Assembly: GCF_011386835.1 (NCBI RefSeq) | Contig: NC_088798.1 | Span: forward strand, 110,298,001-110,362,000 | Reading direction: 5' to 3' | DNA from: Chrysemys picta bellii | Taxonomy: Eukaryota | DNA: 64,000 bases | In this document: piece after piece, positions 1 through 11,945 of the stretch | Numbering within the stretch: the first letter of the stretch is position 1 | Layout of the letters: each line of letters begins with the position of its first letter | The notes under the pieces: model-generated | What the model was told of the DNA's origin: nothing | The model's input: the letters and a program-made list of their open reading frames with translations, nothing else | Databases searched by the model: none | Translations under genes and position numbers: made by a program

Positions 1-1048
1 GATGCCATCCTCCATGCATTTCTGGGGCGGCCGGAATCATCCCATGCGCACAGACAGTCAGGAAGTCAGAGTCAGCACATAGACGGCACACTACTGCAGT
101 ATCTTAACCCACAGGCTACATTCTTTATCCGTATCCCCGCAGCACCACTGCAAGCCAGTCCCCTAAGCGTCTGATCCGCACGTTAACGCTGCTTGAGAGT
201 AGTTATTGCAAAACTGGTAATTTCAGAGCAGCCCAAGGAGCTGTGCTTTTGAAAATCGAGCCCCAAACGGCAGCCTGAAACTGAACTGTCACATGCTGTA
301 CCCACTGGGCCTGTACATTGACACTACACCCGCTGTGCATGAGCATGCTGACCCTGCAGCCTACACCCATGTGCATTGTACATGGAATCCACTGGTGAGC
401 GTGTTACATGTTCCCCACCGTAGCTAGAGGATGTTAGTCTGATACATTCCCCAGCCCCAGACTCTTTAGTTCAAGTTGCAGAGATGTGTATGTTCAGCTT
501 TTGAAGTTGTTGCTTCACTCCATAGGGTCAGTGAAGCCTGTAGCTGGCATGCACAGAGTGACCATGCAGGAATGCCCCTGACAGTGTTGTACGATGCCAG
601 CCCAGCAGTGCTGCTGTGAGAATCTCATAACCACCAGAGACACAGGCATGCTGACGCACCCAAATCTGCCCACAGCTGTGACAATCCCCCAAGCCTAATG
701 GGGGGCGGGCGGGTTCCTCCTGCCCTTTTGCACGTCCCTGTCTCCAACCCTGGCCCCATCCCAGGAGCTGAGCAGAGACACTGCCTGTATCTGAGCAGGG
801 ACATTTGGCAGAAAAGCAGTAATAGGGCAGGCCCCAGTGATCCAGCCTGCTCAGGACCCAGGCTGGGTCTGGCATCTCCAATAAAGCTGGCTGGGCTCTG
901 GCTGCTGCTTTGGCTGAGTTATTGGTGCGCGGAGGGGGGCGCGGGGGTCGTGGCCACAAGGCTTGGGGTTCCTGGGAGCGGGATGGCGCATGCCTGAGGG
1001 TCCGTGGGGGCGGCGCGATGTCAATGGCTGGTTGCAGAGTGACAAGGA

Positions 1049-1200
1049 GGGAGGGATAGCTCAGTGGTTTGAGCACTGGCCTGCTAAACCCAGGGTTGTG
1101 AGTTCAATCCTTGAGGGGGCCATTTAGGGATCTGGGGATTTAGTTGGGGTTGGTCCTGCTCTGAGCAGGGGGTGGGACTAGAACCTCCTGAGGTCCCTTC
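1049..1200 (+). mobile_element. tRNA-derived SINE with CR1-like 3' tail (turtle Pol III/Cry-type SINE)
   Basis: A-box TAGCTCAGTGG and B-box GTTCAATCC in a tRNA-like head, followed by a CR1-3'-end-like tail (ggtcctgctctgagcagggg...ggactaga...cctcctgaggtcccttc). Family assignment is from memory. Confidence 0.8.
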
Positions 1201-1237
1201 GGAATCTGTGCTGCGGTCCGACAGACCTAGCCCAAGT

Positions 1238-1535
1238 GCATGCTGGGAGTCGTAGTCCTCCGGGCTAGGGCATGCGAGGAGAAGCTATTCACGCCCCACC
1301 ACCCCATTGCATGCTGGGAGCGGTATGAGCTCCGTTAGCCCCGCCTCTCGGCTGCCATGGATACGAGGAATGACGTGTAGCGCTCGCACTAGCTGCTCTG
1401 TGTGGGGGCGGGGCCTCCTCCGGAAGCCCCCTCAGGCCGGGTTCTAATTGGAGGGCTGGCGCGGCCCTAGGCAGGAGTTTCCGGGGAGGCTGGTGTGTTC
1501 TGGTTCCGGTTCCGGTCGGAAGCAGTGGGAGCGGG
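1238..1535 (+). promoter_or_regulatory. LMAN2 CpG-island promoter with ZNF143/SBS-like, CRE-like and ETS motifs
   Basis: GCATGCTGGGAGTCGTAGTCC at 1238-1258, a second GCATGCTGGGA near 1309, TGACGT near 1371, CCGGAAG near 1400, TTCCGG repeats near 1504-1520; CpG-rich directly upstream of the ATG at 1536. Confidence 0.65.
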
Positions 1536-4500
1536 ATGGCGGCGGGTCCGGGAGGGGGCGGCTGTGCGCGCCGCGGGCGGTGGGGTCGGGGCTGCCCCGT
1601 GCGTGGCCTCTTGTCCGGGGCGCTGCTGCTGCTGGCGTCCGGGCTGCGGCGCGGGGCCGCCGAGCTCACCGACGGGAACAACGAGCACCTGAAGCGGGAG
1701 CACTCGCTGACCAAGCCCTACCAGGGTGAGGGGGCGAGCGGGGCTGGGGACACCCCTCCGAGACGGGCCCTGCCACGGTCTGGCCGCTTCTCCCCCTCGC
1801 TGGCCCCACGTTCCCAATGGGTCCCCCCAGGCCTGTCCGGCTCAGCCTGCCCCCAGCATGGTCATTCTCTGCAGCTCCCAGAGCCCTCGCAGCCCTTCCC
1901 GTCCGCTTGGCTTGTGATCTCAGCTGTGCCCCTTCTCTCTGCTCTAGGGGTTGGTTCCACTTCGATGCCGCTCTGGGACTTCCAGGGGAGCACGATGCTC
2001 ACCAGCCAGTATGTCCGCCTGACTCCTGATGAGCGCAGCAAAGAGGGCTCCATCTGGAACCGCGTGGTGAGTGCCGCCTTGTGATGGAGGAGATCCCATT
2101 CGGTTTGCTCGGGAGCTGGAGTTCCAAGCCCTGGTTCTGAAGCCCTGAATGAGGGTGAATACTGCAGCTTCTGTGGGGGCTATAGCTGTTGTCCCTGAGA
2201 GGAAAGAGAGAGGGTGCAGTGGCTAAGAAGTTCTGTCTGTGGGAGTCCCCATGGGTGGGGGAGGTGTCCATGGAATGCTGTCCATGGTACTGAGTGTGAC
2301 TCCCTCTCTCTCAGCCCTGTTTCCTCAAGGACTGGGAGCTCCATGTCCACTTCAAGATCCATGGAGCAGGCAAGAAGAACCTGCACGGGGATGGCTTTGC
2401 CCTGTGGTACACCCGGGAGCGCCTCATGCCAGGTACATAGTAGGGGATGGTGCATGCACTCAGAGAAGGAGAGATCTCCCTCCCACTGTGGGGGCAAGGT
2501 GGGGCAAAGTTCCTGTCATTATGACTTCTACACTTCATCCTTTCAGTAACTGCCAGCAGCAGCTCAGGAGGGGGAAATGTAACTAGTGTGCCCCATAGCA
2601 CTGGGGTGCCCCCTTTTGAGCCCGCTTCTAGAGAGCAGGAGTGGGGGTTGCCAGTCCACTCTGCTGAGTATCTCTATCCAAAGTCAGAGAGACAAGGTGG
2701 GTGAGGCAATATCTTGTATTGGATCAACTTCTGTTGGTGAGAGACACAAGCTTTCAGGCTACACACAGCCCTTGTTCAGGTCTGGGAAACTAACTCCAAA
2801 GTGTGTGTTGAGATTCGCCTCCATTTGCTGTCTATGGCAGGCTAGGGTTCTGAGCCTTGAGTGTGCCTCGCTTCATGACTTGCCCTGACAGAAGCTGGGC
2901 TGGTTTGTCCCTGTCGTGTAACACATGACTCTCACCGCATCTTCTTGGTATCGGGGTCTCACTAGTCTCTAGCACCTACGCTCTCCATTAGTGCTTTCCT
3001 CTGTAGAAGTTATTTGTAACAATGAATTAAAGACTACTTATTCATGTTGCTTGAGTAGAAGTGGCTTGAAAGGTGTGTGATTTTTTTTTTTTTTTTTTTT
3101 TTTTTTCCTGTGGGGAAGCATTTCATAAACCCCCCTGGCTGATTTGATAGCAGCCTTAGTCTGTTCATTAAAAGTGTAGCCAAATGTTTTACTATACTTG
3201 CTGATTGTTCTTAAAAATGTTCAAGAGCCCAAATAACAAACTTAACCAAATTTATTGTCTACAGACAAAGCATTACAGTACAAAAAGTAAACATTTCCCT
3301 CCTTTTGGGAAGCAGTTCTTGTCTTGCAGCATGTTCACCTTACGTCAGGGATACACCCCCAAAACCATTTCTACATATAGAACAGCTGCTGACAAGTTAC
3401 AAAGCATTTTATACGACACCTAAGATCCAACCCACCAATTTGTACTAGTTCCTGAATTTGTTGTTCTGTACCTTTATTTTATCTTTGTTTTGGATATTAA
3501 CGTTCCAGCTATTGATCCATGAAGTTAGCTGCCCAGCTTATACCAGGGCAGAATATTAATGGATTTTGCCTTTGACAGTGTTCCTATCCACTTAGGCTAA
3601 ATGTTGAGTTGTTCTGTTCAAAGGTATTATACCAGTGAACAAGAAGGAACAGCATTGTGGGGAAAATTACAGGGCCTTGGAGCTGTGCTCAGGTTCCGCT
3701 CCAGTTCCAGGCAAAAACCTGCGGCTCCGGGCTCCGGCCCAAAGCCCTGGGGAAAAACAACACAAGTCAGTTAGCATAAATAGCCAACACTTATACATAC
3801 AATATTCATGCCATGCACTTCATACATCAGGGGTAGGCAGCCTATGGCACGTGTGCCAAAGGTGGCACGTGAGCTGATTTTCAGTGGCACTCACACTGCC
3901 CGGGTCCTGGCCACCGGTCTGGGGGGCTCTGCATTTTAATTTAATTTTAAATGAAGCTTCTTAAAAATTTTAAAAACCTTATTTTACATACAATAATTTA
4001 GTTATATATTATAGACTTATAGAAAGACCTTCTAAAAAACATTAAAATGTATTACTGGCACGCGAAACCTTAAATTAGAGTGAATAAATGAAGACTCGGC
4101 ACATCTCTTCTGAAAGGTTGCCGACCCCTGTCATACATAATGAGGTGGCGACAGTAATATGTATAACACACACTTTGGCTAACAATGGGATGAGACGTTC
4201 ACCAGAGACTGGTCACTGCAATGCAGAGTTGGAGGGTCCTTAGTGCCCTTTCTCCTCCATCTCCTGTTGAGTTGGAAAAGTGAATCTGCCTTGCGTATCG
4301 TGGGGGGGTAGGTGTGATTTGAAGTTCTGTGTAGCCCCTTTGTCAGAGCACTATTAACCCCGTGCTGCTTTGGTTTTCTAGGCCCTGTCTTTGGCAGCAA
4401 GGATAACTTCCATGGCTTGGCCATTTTCCTGGACACATACCCCAATGATGAAGCAACAGAGGTAAGTGGTGACGCCTCAGGCTCCTGGCAGCATGGACAG

Positions 4501-7500
4501 GGCTCATTGTGACTAGCACCAAGGAGCTGTCTTTTCGTGCTATGTGGTCCCGGCATATCACTTGTTGTGTGGGCAAGGGGCTGGGGCTGGCCTGACTGTA
4601 CTGGGGGGTAGTGGAAGGGAGAGGAAGAGATGGATGTAGTAGGAAAAAGGGGAGGGTTAGGACATGTTGAGTCACTAGCACAGGCCTGTTTTCCTAGCTA
4701 GAAAGAACCTATTTTCAGGGTCTCTGATTCCTGCTAACCTAGGGGAGAGATGCAAGGAAGAAACACGACCCTCATGCCACAAAGGAAAAACTGAAAATTG
4801 CAGCTCAAAGAAAACCTGCCCTGAGAGTCCCCTCACTTCATCCAGGTCTCTTGGGGAGCTTTCAGCCCATATGACGATGAGTTAGTAAATGTCCGTTGCT
4901 AGATCATAGGTTAATCCTGCCAGATTCGTCCTGCCCTTGGTTGCAAACACACGATGGAAATGGAGAAGAGTAGGAAAAGAAAAACTTCGGTCTATCGGTC
5001 TAATCATTCCTGTACTAACTCTTAAGCCCACAGCTCAGTTTGGCAGAAATCCATCCAAAATGTGCTCTCCAGGGGGTATATCTTTGTAGTTGATTCTCCT
5101 CCTTTCTCCCATGTGTGCGCAAGTCTCGTTACATCTTCTAGCTGCCATGCTAACTTTCATCTATCAAGATCCACTGGCTCCGTCTTCTGTCTCATCAAAC
5201 ACAAGCTGCTTGTCTTCACTTTCAAGGCCCTTCGTGGTCTCTCCCCACTACCTGTCATCTCTCACTCACTATTGATCTTTGGATGCTTGCATCTGATTGA
5301 TTTTATGATGCCAGCTTCCACTGCTCGTTTGTCTACATTTTCAAGTGAACGCCTTTGTGCTTTCTCCCATGCTGCCCGTCCTACTTGGGAGGAGCTCTCC
5401 CTGAGCATCTGCAAAGCTCCTTCAGCATTCTCCCGAAGGCTCTCCTTTGCTGTGATACCTGCAAAAAAAGATTGACAATGGTTAAGCCACTGGTGTGCAG
5501 AGACTGCTGCCTTTCATGCCAACCAGTATTGTCTTACTGTTTGCTTGTACTTTCACATCTGTCTATGTCCGTCTAGTGTCTCTCGTTTCATACTTCAATT
5601 GTTAGCTCTTTGGAACTCTGCTTGTACAGTGCCTAGCACAACGTGATCCTGGTCTCCTAGGTGCTACTGGAATACAAATAATAAAAACGATCGAGATCTG
5701 AGGTGGCCCATCCTGTATCAAAGGGGTCAGAAGCATGTCAGGGAGGAAGAAAAGGCTAGCAGGAAGGTTTTTCTCACTACAAACCTGATGGAGCTGGTCC
5801 TTGTCTGTGCTGAGGATGGGCAGGCAGAGAGATCTGCCTGACTGGCCCTTGCTTGGTGCCTTCCTAATTCCGTGCTCATCTGATCGTTTTGTGTGCTCCG
5901 GCTGAGATGCGTTTCCCGAGTGTGGCCCAAGGACTGGATAGCAGGGTCTGTCTATGTCAGCTTCCCTCCACAAAACACATCCTGAGGCCAACCTAGAAAA
6001 GAACCTTTGACTTATTTGCTGCTCTTCTTCATTGGCACTCCATAGCTTCAGTGCCACAGGGGATGGTGGGTCTGCACATGGGTCCTGTCAGGTGGAGGCT
6101 CAGGCTTGTGGGATATATCTCCCTCATGCAGAATGCAGATCTCTCCCAGCTGTAGAAGGCTCAGAGTAATGTTCTCCTTCCCTGCCCCTCCAGCGTGTGT
6201 TCCCGTACATTTCTGCCATGGTGAACAACGGCTCCCTGGCCTATGATCACAGTAAGGATGGGCGCTGGACAGAGCTAGCAGGCTGCACAGCTGATCTTCG
6301 AAATCAGAACCATGATACTTTCCTGGCAGTTCGTTATTCCAGGGGCCGGCTGACGGTGAGATGGATTTGGGAGATGGCACTGAGCTTCGTGCCTGTTGCA
6401 GGCTCTGAGCTGTGCAGTTGGGTTTGTGCTGGGCGGGACAGTGGTGGGAATGGCAGCACTGCCAAGGCCAAGGGGTGATGTTGGGAGGACAGCTCTTTCT
6501 CAGCACACCTGGATCAGCCAACCTGCCCTCTTGCCACTGTGGCTCTAGAGAGAGTGATGGTGGGCTGGGCAGAACTCGGCGCCAGAACAGAGGGGGCCAG
6601 GGCCCTTCCACTCTCTCAAAGTGGACTTTTGCTGGGGCAGACCCCCTCCTCTTCCCCCTGAGGCTCTCCCTGTTGCCAGGTTGGCATGGAGTCCCCCTGG
6701 GGAGGGGAGCCTGGGCAGTTGTGGGAGCTGTGCATGTGGACTCTCCACCTGCCTGCATGGGGAAGGGGGGGGCTGACAGTAGCCCCTGGCCTGTGTCTTG
6801 GGCTCCCGGCCCGGTGGAGGTACGTTGTCCACGACTCTGTGCCGGCTTACCACAGCTGCTCGTGTGGCTCTCCCTGACCTGCCTGTGCAGGGCGGGGCAG
6901 GCCTCGGAGCCAATACAGACCCTCCATCTCTGCCTGCCCTGGACCAGACATGGAGCCTGGACAGGGGCAGGGGGCTGCTTTTGGCCTTGGGTGTGGTGGG
7001 CTCGTGGCCCCACTCCTGCTTCCAGCTTGGCTGGGGGTGGGGGCCCCTGGCACCCCCACTTTTGAGAAGGCTCTGATGCCCTTGCTTCTGTGCCCTGAAG
7101 TGACTTTGTCTTTTCCTGGCAGGTGATGACCGATGTGGAGGACAAGAATGAGTGGAAGAACTGCATTGACATTGCAGGAGTCCGACTGCCCACTGGCTAC
7201 TTCTTTGGGGCTTCTGCTGGCACAGGGGACCTGTCTGGTGAGAGCTCCTTTTGAACTGGAATATGTTCTCAACCCAAGCCAGCTCTGGGGGCTGGGGCAT
7301 GGTGGTGTGGGTGGAGTGGCGTTCCAGTGCTGCCTTGCAGTGGGCTGAGCACTTGGAATTCTTAACCATGCAGGAGAGGCGACAGGCAGCCTGGGAAAGA
7401 GAGCAGGCTCTTTGGCTAGGCACCTGGGGAAAGCCTCCCACATGGAAGCCAGGTTTCTGAGTCAGGGAGGGTGGGCCTGAGGGAGACTAGGGCATGGAAG

Positions 7501-8309
7501 AGCACAAGAGGAATCTTTTCATGTGCCTTTGAGGGCATGCAGCTTGGAAAGGGCTGTGCTATCATCTAATAATTGATTCTTGTTTCCTAGACAATCATGA
7601 CATCATCTCAATTAAGCTATTTCAGCTAATGGTAGAGCATCCACCAGAGGAAGAGAACATCGACTGGACAAAGATTGAGCCCAGCGTCAGCCTCCTTAAG
7701 TCACCAAAAGGTGAATCTTCTGGGCTCTGGGGACCCATGATAGAGGGTTCCTGTGTCATCCCTTCAGGCCTGCTGAGTGGTCAGCTCCCAGAAGGGTGGT
7801 GGCCTGGCAAGGACCTAGATAAATCTATGCTGGGCACTCAGCCACGCTGCATGAGATCCAACACTCCATAGCATCTCTGGTGGGAGGGCATTTCTCACAT
7901 GCAGCCTGGGGTGTATGGGGATTTTGCTACCCCAGCCTGAGCAATGGAATCTCCCTGCCTGCTCTTAACACAGTAATGGTAGATGTGGGACATTGACTTG
8001 TCCAAAAGCCACTCTCTTGGGAGGGGGATTTGGCAGGTCAGCATTAGCCCATTTGTTAACCATGGGAGATCCCAAGCTCAAGGTGGAATAGGAGATGGGG
8101 GTGTGTGTGTAAATCTCTGCTCTAAGCCTCCTTCTTTCCTGCCCACAGACAATGTGGATGACCCGACAGGGAATTTCCGAAGTGGGCCCCTGACTGGCTG
8201 GAAGGTGTTCCTGCTGCTGCTCTGCGCCTTGCTGGGCATCATTGTGTGTGCTGTGGTGGGGGCTGTGGTCTTCCAGAGACGGCAGGAGAGGAACAAGCGT
8301 TTTTACTAG
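1536..8309 (+). CDS. LMAN2: Vesicular integral-membrane protein VIP36 (L-type lectin), 8 coding exons, 354 aa
   Basis: join(1536..1725,1948..2066,2315..2432,4382..4461,6194..6355,7123..7237,7591..7710,8149..8309); all GT-AG with consistent phases, 1065 nt. Signal peptide, EHLKREHSL, GDGFALWYT, GFFGASAGTG-like motif (YFFGASAGTGDLSDNHD), TM helix and KRFY* tail. Confidence 0.97.
3081..3106. repeat. poly(T) tract, 26 nt
   Basis: Uninterrupted T run in LMAN2 intron 3. Confidence 0.9.
3828..4130. mobile_element. Non-autonomous hAT element (MITE), 303 bp
   Basis: TIRs CAGGGGTAGGCAGCCT / AGGTTGCCGACCCCTG (14/16); perfect 8-bp TSD TCATACAT at 3820-3827 and 4131-4138. Confidence 0.92.
5045..5697 (+). 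mobile_element. L2-clade LINE 3' fragment
   Basis: Degenerate translation IKHKLLVFTFKALRGLSP resembles the L2 ORF2 C-terminus; ends in an L2-type tail gtacagtgcctagcacaa...taggtgctac...aataataa. Confidence 0.75.
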
Positions 8310-8679
8310 TGGAGGAGCTGGCCTGGGCCCGGCCCCGGCCCCAAATGTGATCTTTTCTATGGGGGATTGTACAAAACTTTGGTTTCTAAAAAGCTGTTTT
8401 TGGAGAAATAACAGGAGTATTTTGGTATCTTGTTTCTGCCTTAGCTCCTCCTGGGTCGCTTGTGTCAGACAAGCAGGAAGTGGTGAGCAGGCCCTGCAGC
8501 CGGCTCTCCTGGGGGCGCTAGCGCTGGCTCCAGGGGTGGGGCAGGGCCGAGGGATTGGCGGGGGGAGGGTGCCGCCCCCAGACAGACCCGGGCGGGGGAT
8601 GACGATCCGTTGCCAGCCGGGCCTGGCCGGGGGCCGCGCGGGGAGTGTTAAAGGGCTCGCACCGCCTGTCTGCCTCTGC

Positions 8680-8880
8680 GAGGGGGGCTGCCGGGAGTTG
8701 TAGTCCCGTCCCCTGCGGCTGCGCGCGGCGCTGAGTGCGCAGGGGCTGCCGGGAGTTGTAGTCCCGTCCCGTGAGCTGCGCGCGGCCTTATATGGCGTTT
8801 GGGGGGCACGCGGCGCTGAGTGCGCAGGGGCTGCCGGGAGTTGTAGTCCTGTCCCCTGCGGCTGCGCGCAGCCTTACGTG
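8680..8880 (+). promoter_or_regulatory. TMED9 CpG promoter with three tandem ZNF143/THAP11-type GGGAGTTGTAGTC motifs
   Basis: GGGAGTTGTAGTC at 8693-8705, 8751-8763 and 8836-8848, embedded in duplicated 58-85 bp blocks. Confidence 0.7.
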
Positions 8881-8896
8881 GCGTTCGGCGGGTAAG

Positions 8897-11505
8897 ATGG
8901 CGGCTCGCGGCGGACTGCTGGGCCTGGTCCTGCTGCTGCTCGTTGGCGCCGTTTCCCGCGGCTTCGGCCTCTACTTCCACCTGGGCGAGACCGAGCGCCG
9001 CTGCTTCATTGAGGAGATCCCGGACGAGACCATGGTGATAGGTGCGGGGGGCGCCCCGGCGGGGCGAGCGGGGAGGGGCGGGGAGACTATGGAGAGAGGT
9101 GCGGGGGGGGGAACTACTGGGGACCCTGTAGCGGGGATAGGAGGAAAGTCTGTGGCGCGGGCGGGCGGGGGGTAGACGGGCATGACGGGTGCTGGGGGCT
9201 GTTCTGTGTTTGATGACCAGGGTGGTTCTCAAAGTGTTGCCCTCCCCTGCAGGGAATTACCGTACCCAGCTATACGATAAGCAGCGGGAGGATTACATGC
9301 CTGCCACACCTGGGCTTGGCATGTTCGTGGAGGTGAAGGACCCTGATGATAAGGTACCTGGGTTGGGAGGAGAAGATACTGGCCCATTTCAGACCTGGGT
9401 CAGCATAGGTGCTCTGGTTCCCCAACCTGAATCTGCCCTCATACCCATCCCATTGGGGCCTGGAAGCTACAGTAGCCGGGTAATAGGACTGAGCAGCCCA
9501 GAGCCAATGCCCATGGTGAGGGGCACCCCTTCAGCATCTGCTTGCAGTTCCACTGAGGTGTCTTATCTGGGCTCTAGCTCTGGTTGCTCTGTTTCATAGA
9601 ATCATAGGACTGGAAGGGACGTCAAGAGATCATCTAGTCCAGTCCCCTGCACTCCTGGCAGGACTAAGTATTATCTAGAGCATCCCTGACAGGTTTTTGT
9701 CCAACCTGATCTTAAAAATCTCCAATGATGGAGATTCCACAACCTCCCTAGGCAGGTGCCACACACAGACCACGTTGACTCGTGAGACACCAGATTTCCC
9801 TGGTATTAATCACCATAGATAATGGGGGTTCTGCTGTGGAACAGGCTGTCTTTGTGGCATGGGGGCAAGCTCTGGGTTTAGGTGGATCTGCCTGATTTTT
9901 CTGTTGCTGCCTGGTTCTGAGAGGTTCTTGATTCACCACCATGTTGCTTAGTTCTAGAAATTCCATTTGAACTATGAAATTAGAAAAATGTCTTTTTTTA
10001 AGCTGCTTCTCTGCAGTGTCAGCTACTTTAATCAGTGCAGTGACTGCTGATCCCTGTGGTACATGGTGCCCACTCACTTCCAGTCATAAGAACGGCCATA
10101 CTGGGTCAGACCAACGGTCCATCTAGCCCAGTATCCTGTCTTCCGACAGTGGACAGTGCCAGGTGCCCCAGAGGGAATGAACAGAATGGAATCATGAAGT
10201 GATCCATCCCCTGTCACCCGTTCCCAGCTTCTGGCAAACAGAGGCTAGGGATACCATCCCTGCCCAGTCTAGTTAAACTCCATGATCTAAGACTCTAGAC
10301 TTATGGATGGTCTGGTCCTGAACTTAGAGCTCCATCTAGGCCCAACCTTCCTTCTCTGGCAGTTTCCATCCCCTCCTCCCCAGTGCATTTGGTTGGAGCC
10401 CTGCTTGTTTTGAAATTGCTTATGAACAGATTCTAAGGTTCAGCAGAATGGTATCTCAGGAGAGCAACTAACTGAAATGCTGATCTGGCCCTGTGTTCTT
10501 GGCCCGATGTGATGCTTTAACTGTCACCTGGGCAGATAGCACAGGGGACTTGAAGAGGGTCTCTAGCCCCTGTAAATCTGCCTTGCTACCTAGATCTCAC
10601 CACTAAACAATTTGCATCGGGCAGACAGACCCTTTAGCTATAGTACCAAGTATTCTGCCAGAAACCTTGATGCACTCTGCTGTCAGAGCCATGGATGTAC
10701 TGGATTGGCTGTGCTCTGGAGGTTGCCATTACTGCCCTGTCCTTCTCTTCCAGGTCATCTTGTCGAGGCAGTATGGCTCTGAGGGCAGATTCACCTTCAC
10801 CTCACACACTCCTGGAGAGCATCAGATCTGCCTGCATTCTAACTCCACCAAATTCTCCCTCTTTGCAGGGGGTATGCTGGTAAGGTGGGCCGATGCGGGA
10901 CAGAGAGGAGAGGGATGGTCCAGGCCATGTAGCATTGTGCTGGGGCAGAACACCTGACTGTGTTCTCTTGTCTTGCTGCAGAGGGTACATCTGGATATCC
11001 AGGTGGGGGAACATGCCAATGACTATGCTGAGATTGCTGCCAAGGACAAGTTGAGTGAGCTGCAGCTCCGGGTGCGGCAGCTCATTGAGCAGGTGGAGCA
11101 AATCCAGAAGGAGCAGAACTACCAGCGGGTGAGGAACCTCAAGCAGCCTGGCCAGCCCTGCACTCTACACTGGAGATCCAGCAGGGGCTGTGTTCATGGT
11201 TTGAGAAGGAGGTTCCTGGGTGGGAGGGTGGGGGGAGCCTACCCAGCTGGACAGTGACTATTAGAGAGTTCTGAGGGCCATGGGAAGCCACTGGTCTCTG
11301 GGGCCTGGGAGGATCAGTCTGTATTTGCTTCTGACCTGTTGTTTCCTTGCTGCAGTGGCGAGAGGAGCGGTTCCGCCAGACCAGTGAGAGCACCAACCAG
11401 CGGGTTCTCTGGTGGTCCATTGTCCAGACCCTCATTCTTGTTGCCATTGGTGTATGGCAGATGAGGCACCTCAAGAGTTTCTTTGAAGCCAAGAAACTGG
11501 TATAA
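8897..11505 (+). CDS. TMED9: Transmembrane emp24 domain protein 9 (p24 alpha2), 5 exons, 222 aa
   Basis: join(8897..9041,9253..9353,10754..10879,10982..11128,11356..11505), 669 nt, [35 protein letters not shown] start, coiled coil, TM helix, FFEAKKLV* tail. Confidence 0.96.
9596..9752 (-). mobile_element. CR1 LINE 3' end fragment
   Basis: tcatagaatcatag (reverse complement of the CR1 ATTCTATG tail) followed by ggactggaagggac...atctagtccag...ctccaatgatggagattccacaacctccctagg. Confidence 0.8.
10084..10275 (-). mobile_element. CR1-type LINE 3' end fragment (second subfamily)
   Basis: cataagaacggccatactgggtcagacc...ggtccatctagcccagtatcctgtc, a recalled reptile CR1 3' end in reverse orientation. 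Confidence 0.7.
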
Positions 11506-11834
11506 AGAGGGCACACAGCATGAGCAAACAGCCCTCTCTTAACAGAGGCAACTCCATGAGTTTCAGCAGCCTGGACTGGTCATGCCTACCTTCCCCTAAC
11601 CCTCCAGCTGCCTGGGCTAAGTGTCACCTGCCTCCACCACTTCCCTCTCTCCCTCCCTCCCAGTCTGGGTGGGATTTCCTTGTGTTGGTTTGTTATGGCG
11701 TTTCAGTCACTCATTCAATCTGTGACGCTTACATGGCCTCAACAGTGTACTATCTGAGTGCCTCACCGTCTTTGATACATTTATCCTCAGCACCCCTGGA
11801 AGGCAGGCAGGGCTATTCTTGTCATGTTAAAGAG

Positions 11835-11945
11835 GGGAACTGAGCCCCAGATACTAAGTGACTTGGCTTAGGTTCTGTACAAAGTCTGGGGGCAGGAACT
11901 TGAATCCAGGTCTCAGACCAGCACCCTAACCACTGGACCATCTTC
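11835..11945. mobile_element. Ancient CORE/MIR-like SINE fragment in the TMED9 3' UTR
   Basis: ggggaactgagccccaga...aagtgacttg...gaacttgaatccaggtctc resembles the MIR/CORE consensus; similar short fragments lie near 14700-14770, 27390-27470 and 33755-33805. Confidence 0.5.

Noticed and set aside
6048-7443. Antisense ORFs of 200-380 aa within LMAN2 introns 4-6
   Set aside because: GTG/TTG-started GC-rich ORFs with low-complexity, homology-free translations and no supporting splice or promoter signals.
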